From: an uncultured Anaerolineales bacterium
GTDB lineage: Bacteria; Chloroflexota; Anaerolineae; UBA1429
Direction: 5' to 3'
NCBI GenBank assembly: GCA_964624695.1
Contig: CAZUZB010000005.1
Coordinates: 1-34,251, forward strand
Length of the DNA stretch: 34,251 nucleotides
A program made the translations under genes and the position numbers. Positions 16,548 through 24,900 of this stretch are shown piece after piece (position 1 is the first letter of the stretch; the number at the start of each line of letters is the position of its first letter). The notes below the pieces were generated by a model. It had not been told where the DNA came from, ran no database searches, and saw only the letters and a program-made list of their open reading frames with translations.

Positions 16548-16556
16548 ATTATACCA
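16548..16556 (-). promoter_or_regulatory. Candidate internal extended -10 promoter (TGGTATAAT)
   Basis: The minus strand reads CTTGTGGTATAATCGCGC in the only sizeable gap of the array (16529..16616). It is a perfect TGnTATAAT, about 20 nt upstream of TTG 16528 and about 38 nt upstream of ATG 16510. No clear -35 is present. Confidence 0.4.
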
Positions 16557-16597
16557 CAAGGCCACCCGGCCGCCCTACCCAGGCCGCGATGACGCGC

Positions 16598-16625
16598 CCG
16601 CGCTACCGCGGCCGCGCTACCGCGG
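16598..16625. repeat. Perfect 14-nt tandem duplication (CCGCGCTACCGCGG x2) spanning the stop codon of the 778-aa gene
   Basis: 16598..16611 and 16612..16625 are identical. Each unit is itself a 5-bp stem / 4-nt loop mini-hairpin (CCGCG-CTAC-CGCGG). The TAG stop at 16617..16619 lies in the second unit. Confidence 0.9.
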
Positions 16626-18953
16626 GCGCCCGAAGATGATATAGCTCGGATTCTCGTACACCCGGTCGAACAAGGCGTCCAGCTTTTGCACAGTGGCGCC
16701 TCCGACCCCGTACCTGGCTCTTTCGCGCGGCCCCACCACCACCAGGTCCACCCCATAGGCGGCCAGTAGAGCCTGCGTCTCGCTGATGCTGGTCCCCTGG
16801 TAGATGGTGGCAATGTCCGGCTCGCGCTGGCCGGGGATCTCATAGCTGCCGCGCCATTGCAGCTCGTGCCCCGTCCACCCCAAGAGGGTCGGGATCCCCG
16901 TCCACGCCGAGAGGCGGTTGAACTCGGAATACGAGCCGCCGGGGGCCTCCACCATCACGTCATCCTCGCGCGCATTCTCACGCAGCCAGGCGATGGCGTC
17001 ATATTCGTCCGGCGATGTCTGCCGCAGATAGGCGGTGCCATCCAGCGTCGGCGGCGATGCGAACCCGCCGGCCTTGGCGGGCACGGCTGCCAAGGTATAA
17101 CTCAGCCCTGCCACCATGGCAACCACCGCCAATCCGGCCCAGGCCCTGGTGGCTCCGCGCGCCACGCCCCCCTCGGCCCGTCCCGCCCGCATAGCCCGCA
17201 CCGCTAGATGCACCCCAGCCACGCTCAGGAGCACCCAGACTTGGTAGTAGAACTTGAACACGGTGTTCATGCGCGTGCCAAACACGTCCCGCAAAAAGAG
17301 AAACTCACAGAACACCACCAGCGCCCCCGCCAGCGCCACCATGGCCAGGCTCAGACGAGAGGACGCGTCCACCCGGTCCTCGGCAGAGCCATCGCGCCAC
17401 CAGATAGCCAGGCACCAGATCGCCGCTCCCACGAGCAACGCGCCTAGCCAGGCCGTCCACCAACCCAGGAACGCGCAGGCCCCCGTCCCGGCCACCAGGC
17501 CCAGTATCCCCAGCCATTCCAGCGCGCCCATGCCGCGCGCCGACCTGCCTCGCCACGTTCGCCACACCAAGGCGCCCAGAGCCGGCGCCAGCCACACCAC
17601 TTGCGTGCCGAACATGAGCAGGTGCTGATGCAGCCGCGTCTTGATGCCCACCACCCGTCCAATCCCGCCCGCTTGCGAGCGCAGCCCCAGGTAGAACGGC
17701 AAGTATAGCGCCACCCCCAGCACGGCCAGGCTGCCCCCCGCCCGCACTGCATCGCCAACGCGTGCCCATCCCAATGGCGCGTCGTCGCTCGGCCGCCGCA
17801 GCAGATACGCCGCCACGACCATCCCCAGGTAGAGGGGATAGTCCCAGGTGTTCAGGAACCCCAGCGCTCCCACGGCCAGCCCATAGGCGACCAGATGGGA
17901 AAGCCCGCCTGGCCAAGGCAGCCCCAAGGCGCGCCCCGGCCGCTCGTCCAGCAGCAGGTTCAGCGCTAGCGCCAAAGCCACCAACACAAAGGGCAGCGCC
18001 AGCACATGGGGATGATTATCGCCCAGCAGGAAACTGAACGCCGGGAACTCAGAGATCACCTCCAGGCTGTTTCCCAAGGCGTCGCGGTCGTGGATGATGC
18101 GCGAGGCGCGCCACCACCACCACATGTCGTCGGGGTACCAGAAGCGCGACACGGCTGTGGCGCCCAGGTTCTTGACGTCCAGCCAGCGCCAAAGGGCCTC
18201 AGAGCCCCAGCCGCGCGCCCGAATCAGCTCGAACACACCCTCCAGGTTGCCCATCACCGCCACCATGATCGCGGTGAGACCGCCGGCTGCGACGGCCGCG
18301 TTTCCCTTGCCGCTGGACGGGGCATCCCGACCGGGTCGCGCCGCCATCAGGTTGTACCCCAGGCCCATGGCCCCGCTGACCGTCAGCGCAAACAGCGTCG
18401 CCCCCGTCAGGTTGAACCCCACCCCCGGCGCCACGCCCGACAGCCGCGTCAACACGGCCATCATCACATAGCCCAAGTAATAGTAGCTGATGCCATACCC
18501 GGCCAGCCAGGGATCGGCCGGCGGAAAGCTCCGGCTGCGCAGAATGCCGTTCAGAAAGGCGAACTCCATCGGCTTTTCGGTGGCGGCGATCTCTGGGTTA
18601 TAGGCGCGAAACCAGGCGAACAGCGCCAGGGCGACAAGGAATAAAAGCTCCAGCCCTAGTGCCAGCCGCCAGCGCTCGCGCAGCCAGGCGATGATCTCGT
18701 GCCCGTCCCGCCGCCAAACCAGAGCCGATCCCACGGCCACCAGCAGGGTCACCAATAGGATGCTGGAGAGCCGGTTCTCCAGCAGGCCCAGCGTCACCAA
18801 TAGCCAGGTGCCGTACGAGACCGCCAGCAACCCCAAGGGACGCGCCAGCGTCAGCCCCCGGTCGGGCAAGGGTCGGCACAGCCGCCATACCAGCGGGTAC
18901 GCCACCAGGCCCAACGATGTCAGCGCCAACCACCAGCGCAGCACAGCCACCAT
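16617..18953 (-). CDS. Chlor_Arch_YYY / DUF2298 family membrane protein (single-copy form)
   Basis: 778-aa ORF, highly hydrophobic. Family-naming motif GISYYYLGY (YYY at 18477..18485) preceded by [24 protein letters not shown]. Also [16 protein letters not shown] (18006..18053), NTWDYP and [12 protein letters not shown] (17250..17270), plus a C-terminal soluble region of about 170 aa. The ATG shares one base with the giant gene's stop (TGATG, 18951..18955). Confidence 0.9.
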   Translation of the reverse strand: [778 protein letters not shown]

Positions 18954-21900
18954 CAGCCGCTCGCTCCCTCCTGCTCACCCAGCGTCGTCTCCAGCGCCGG
19001 GCGATCCACGCGATACAAGACGCCGCCTTGGTTCTGGTACGCGGTCTCCAAGACGCCGTCCTCGATGAGCCCCCCTATCGCCGCCAGCCCGTTCTCAGCG
19101 TACACCGCCCTCTCGAGCTGGCCCACGTACACATAGCCAACCCCATACCGCGCCAGGATGTCCGCCGCGACTGCCGGATCCTGCGCCGTATAGAGCCTCT
19201 CGGCGTCGCGCTCTCGCTCCAGAACTGCGCCCCACGGCCGTTGCTCGTACTGGTGCATCCCCAGCAGGTTCGGCAGCCCCGTGAACGACGCGATGCGGCC
19301 GCCCCCCTCGCGATAGTAGCCCAAGGGCGCCTCCGCCACCACAGGGGTACCCTCAACATTGTTCCACAGCCAACGGATCACGTCCAGGTCATGCGCGAGA
19401 GCGATGGGATGCTGCGCGTCGGGCCAGTAATAGACCGCCGTCTCCATAAAGGCCGCGCCGTCCAGGGTCCAGCGCGGGCCACCATCCACAAACCGCTCGC
19501 TCACCCGCGCTTGCGTGCCCAACGGCACGTACGCAGCGGCCGCGCCCACCACGAGCGCCACCACCATGCACCAAGCCGCGCCCCATCCGCCACGCACCCA
19601 CGCTCGCCGCCAGAGTTCGGGCAGGCCAGCGCCCAGGGCCAGGCCCAACAACACCCAGGCCTGGAACGAGAACTTGAACACCGTGTTCATCCGCCGCCAC
19701 TCGGTGCCGTCGAGAAAGTCGGCTACGTACACCAGCTCGACCCCGGCCATCATTCCCAGGGCCAGCACCAGCATGGCACGTTGCAGTCGCGACGGCCCCG
19801 ACAGCCCCGGCTGGCACGCCAACCAGATGGCCCCAGCCAGCAACGGCAGGTAGAGCCCCACAGCGCCCAGCCCCAGCAGCGCGCTGCCGACTACCACCAA
19901 GGCGCAGACGGCGCCGACGAGCCACCACCCCCCCGGCAGCCGCCGCACCCAGGCCCGCCCCCACCAGGCCAGCATCGATACCGCGAGGAGCAGGTGCGTC
20001 CCCCACACCACCAGGGCGGGGAGTTGCCCGGTGCGCGCGTTGGCGGGCAGCAGGCGCAACCCCGCCTCGATCGGCACGTACGCCCGCGCAAAAGGGAGAA
20101 ACAGGGCATACCCGGCCGCGGCGATGGCACATCCCAGTAGCAGGTTACGCGCCACGCCACGGGCCCCAGCCTCATGCCATCCCTGAATCGCCAGCGCTGC
20201 CAGAATCAGCAAGCCGTACGGGATGAGATCCCACACATTGGTGGCATAGAGACCCCCCATCACCAAAGCCAGCGTGGCCGCAGCCGGCAGCAGTCCCTTG
20301 ACCCCGCCGCCTTCTCTGGTGACCAGAACCAGCAGCAGCGCCAGAACCAGCAGCGTCATCGGCAGTGCGATCACGTGCGCGTGCAGGTCGGCAAACAAAA
20401 AGGAAAAGAAGGGGAATTCGTTGATGGCATAGGGGATCACCCGCGTGGCTCGCGTCCAGTAGTCAAAGGGCATCAGGGCCGCATCGCCGCGCACGAGTTG
20501 TCCCAGCCCACGCCAGACCGCCGGCAGATCCCGCAGGCTGATCTCGGCCCCGTAAAAGCTCGCGCCGCCCGCCCAGCCCAGCGACTCCAGCCACTGCATG
20601 GGGGCCGTCAGGTTGCCGAGGCAAACCACCAGCCCCATGGCCACCAAGCCCGACCAAGCCGAGCGCCCCAGCCGCCGCCCGATGGACCAGGCCCCCAGGC
20701 TGACAAGCCCGAACAGCGTAGGGAGAGCCAGATTGAACCCGACCTCGGGCGCGAGTCCGGTCAGTTTGAGCAGATAGCTCACCAAATAGTGTCCATAGTA
20801 GTAATAGTTCAGGTACCCCCCAGCATAGTAGGGGTCATAGGGTGGCATGTGGGCCGATCGGCCGATGGCGTTCAGGTAGGCCAGCTCCATCAGCTTTTCG
20901 CCGCCAAAGTAGGGGTGCCACAGGTCCGGGTTGAGCAGGCGAATCACCACCAGGCCGCAAAAGGCCACGGTGAATAGCAGCTCCTCCGCAACGATGAGCC
21001 GGCGCTGCTCGGCCCAAGCGACGGCGATGGCCTCGCGCCCCCGTTTGAGCCCCAGCCAGCAGGCCAGCGCCAGCGCCGCCACAGCCAGCCAGGCGACCCA
21101 GGCCAGGTTCGCCCATAGGCGCAGGCTGGCGCCGATCCAGACCAGGTAGCCCGCCACCAGCCAACCCAAGAGCCGCGCCCAGGCATAGCCCGCGTCTCCC
21201 CAGCGGCGAAACAGGATCGCCGCCAGCGGCCACGCCGCCAGGCCCAGCCCCGCCATGACGAGCCACCAAACAAGGATCGCCAACGGCGCGCTGTCGTTGG
21301 CGATCCCGTTCCACCTCTGGTCTCGAATCACCGGTAGCTCGTCGACCGGCTGTTCGAGCATCAGCGAGCTGGATTCGGGCACGGTGGCCGGTCCCTGCGC
21401 GGCAACCCGCGCGGGCACCCATCGCGGTCTCCACCGCTCCCACGCGTCCCGCACGGTGTCCCAAACGCCAGCCACCGATGGCGCGCGAGCGATGCCCCGC
21501 ACGGCATAGATGGTCACCGGACCATCCTGATAGGCCACGTCTAGTTGGCTGCCAACCATGGCGTCCAACGTCGCCAGCCCCACAGCATCGTAATAGGCAC
21601 GCTCCAGCTCGCCCACATAAATATAGGCCACGTTGTGCCGATCGATGACCGCGCGCTTTTCGGCTGGATCTTGACTTGCGTAGAGCGTCTGCACGTCCTG
21701 CAGGCGCCAATCCACCACGATGCCGCCCACCGCGGCGCGCTGCTGCTTCTGGTGCCAATCCCAGCCCACAATGCTGGGCAGGCCCGTATACACCGAAATG
21801 CGCCCACCCCAGCGATAGAGGGGCGTATTGCCCTCGGCAATGACCGGCGTCCCGCTCACATTCTCCTGCAGCCAGGCAATGGCGCGCTGGTCGTATGCCA

Positions 21901-24900
21901 GCGTGAACTGGGTATCGCGGTCGCCGTACACGGCCGTCGCCATATAGGCGCTGCCGTCCAGGCCAGGGGGCTGGTCAGGGACGTTCCACCGATCACGGAT
22001 CTTGGCCACAGTCGCCGTGGGCGCATACAGGGCCGCGCCCGCTACCAGTAGCACCAGCCCGGCGGTCCACCAGCCGCGCGCTCGGCTGGACCACAAGCTC
22101 CGGCGCTGTGCGATGGCCGCCAGTCCCACAGCCGAGGCCACCCCCCACAGCACCCAAGCTTGCAGGGAGAACTTGAACACGGTGTTCATGCGCCCGATGT
22201 CGCCTTGGAGCACCACATACTCGATGCCCACGGTCAACGCCGCGCCCACCGCCACCAGCGCCACGGCCACCCGGTCGCGCTCTCGCAAGGCGGGATCGAC
22301 CAGCAGCAGCAGCGCCAACACCAGCAACGGCAGCCCGAACACCAACGCCCCCAGCCCCGCGATGATCCCCGCCAGCCAGATGACCCCCAAGGCCACCAAC
22401 AGCGCCCAACCTACCTGGTATCCCACCGTCTGGCCGAAAACCAGCGCGCGATAGAGCCGCCTGAACCGCACAGGCCGTCGCAGGAAGGCGCGCATGGCGC
22501 GTACGGTCGGCAGTCGCGTGCGTCGCTCCCGCGCCAACGTGACCAGATAGGCATACAGGACGTACAGGAACAGGCCGTGAATCCACAGGTACTCGCTCAC
22601 ACTGGTCTGCGCACCGTCCCATAGCCGCACGCTGGTATATCCAGCGCCATAGTTGGCGTGATAGGGCCACGTCAGCAGATAGCCCGCCGCCAGTGTGAAC
22701 AGCAGCCATCCGAGAGCCCGGGCCAGGCCGCCCAAGCCCAGAGATCTCTGCCGAGTCCACTCGGCCGCCAGAAAGGCCAGTCCCGCCAGCCCGGCATAGG
22801 TGGGCAGATCCCAGGTATTGCTGCCCCACAGGTAGCCCAGCACCAGCCCCAACGCCAGCCCCTCGCCGATGCGCGCCCAGGGCAGCCCACCCAAGATGCG
22901 TCGCCAGCGCGGCGCCGCAGATGCAACCTGCGTTGGTGCCGAGCGACGCCGCCATACCACACTCACCATCAGGCCCAACGCCAAAAGCGCATAGGGCAAC
23001 GCCGTCATATGGGCGTGCAGGTCAGCGTATAGGAAGGTAAAGAAGGGAAATTCGTTGATCTCGCCGTGCCCCATGACGCGGGAGGCGTTCCAGTACCACC
23101 ACTCGGGACGAAAGGCCAGCGCCTGCCCCTCGAACAGCCAGCGCCACAGCCCCGTGACCCCACTCGTCAGGCTGCGCAGCGTGGCCGAGCCGGCGCTGGC
23201 CATGGCACCAGCCCCCAGCGCCTTCCAGCCCTCCCACAACAGCTTGACCTGGCCCAGGTTGCCCAGCAGGACGATGGCGACGGTCCCCGCGAGCCCGTAT
23301 CCCCACGCCCGAGACCACCACCCGCCCTCCTCATCGCTGGCCAGCAGGCCATACACCACCGAGCAGGCTCCCGTTCCCGTCAGCGCAAACAGGGTCGGCA
23401 CGGCCAGGTTGTAGGCAGTGGTCGGCACGATGCCCGTGAGTTTGATCAGCGACGCCACCTGCGCCAGCCCCAGATAGTAATAGTTGATATAGCCGCCGGC
23501 GAACCACGGATCATACGGCGGGAACCAGCGGCTGCGCAGGATGGCGTTCAGGTAGGCCAAGTCCATGGGCTTTTCGCCACCCATCACCGGGTGCCACAGA
23601 TCCGGATTGGCGTAGCGAATCGCCACGAACAAGCAAAAGAGCGCCAGGAACAAGATCTCGCTGCGCAGCAGCCAACGCCAACGCAGCCGTGAAAAGGACC
23701 GCAAGGCATGGCGCTGGAGGTAGGCGGCCACCGCGCCCGCGCCCACCACCAAGCCGGCACAGGCCCACATCAGCCCCGTGGTGTTGGGCGCAATCCGCAG
23801 GCTGGGCAGAATCCAAGCCAGATAGCCGAACAGGAGCAGCCCCAACGCTTTGCTCAGCAGATACCCCCGGTCGGGCAGGCCGCGCAGCAGCCCGAACGCC
23901 AACGGAAAGGCGCCGAAACCGAGAGCATACAGCGCCAGCAGCCAGGCTAGCACCGGCCAGCGGTTGGACCAGCTCCCCGGCGCAAACATCGCGCGCCAGG
24001 TGCCGGATGCCTGCTGCTCGGACCAGGTCTCTTGATCCAGCACGAGCTGGTTGGGCGCGCTGGCGGCATCCTTGGGTTTGGCGCGCACCACCCGATCGAG
24101 CTCGATGTCGTCAAACAGCGCCCGGACTCGATCCAGGTCAAAGTCAGCGCGCTTGCGAAAGATGGTCACCTTGGGGTGGTCATAGACAGTCCACGACTCG
24201 TCGGCGTTGTCGTCGTTGATGGGGATGCCCAGCACCCGCGGGTGCGAGGTAAACTCGGCCACCTGCTCAAAGCCCAGCTCCCCCGCGAACAGCGCCTCGT
24301 AGAAGCGGGTGGTCATGGGATACCGGTCGGGCAAGCGCGGGATCGAGCCATAGAGCCGATTGCTCGACAGGGCGATATACTCGACCTCGGTCAACCAACG
24401 GTAGAGTTGCTCGCGTTTCTCGGGCACGTCCTCCCAGTAGAGGTCCATCTGGATCATGCGGTATTCCAGTCCCGCCGCATGGCCGTCGATGCTCAGAGGC
24501 AGCGCGTCGTCCCACAGCTCGTTCGAGATAGCCGAGCCGGGCGGGATGTACGCATAGATCCAGCGCGATGCCTCCACACGGGTGACCGGCCGCGTATAGA
24601 TGCCGGCCACCGCCGTCCCCCAGAGCAAAGCCCCCACCAGGGGCACGACGGCGCCACCCAGCGCCGCCCAACCGCGCCACCCTAGCTCGCCGGCTCGGCG
24701 CCGCCGCCGGAACGCATCGCACAGCCGCACCACCAGATAGCCCGCCATCAGCGCCATGGTCGGGTAGATGGGCAGCAGGTACCGGATGGTCTTGACGAAC
24801 TGGATGCTCTGGTAGCCAAAGGTAAACGTCACCCAGATCCAGGGCAGCAGGTACGTCCACCGGCGGTGCTTCCAGACCTCCCAGCCCATCAGCCCCCAGC

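Noticed and set aside
18917-20140. 407-aa plus-strand ORF, together with many 100-300-aa ORFs on both strands inside 18.9-26.1 kb (e.g. 19389..20132, 20835..21758, 21993..22955, 24267..24989)
   Set aside because: All lie inside the 7.16-kb frame, whose translation shows repeated, ordered, family-specific motifs. The alternatives are Arg/Gly/Pro/Ala-rich with no hydrophobic periodicity or motifs.
17250-22189. Near-identical 21-mer GAACTTGAACACGGTGTTCAT at 17250, 19670 (1 mismatch) and 22169, considered as dispersed DNA repeat or mobile-element ends
   Set aside because: Each copy encodes the conserved MNTVFKF peptide in the three YYY modules. Identity is explained by protein conservation plus the strong G+C-biased codon choice, and the flanks are not similar at the DNA level.
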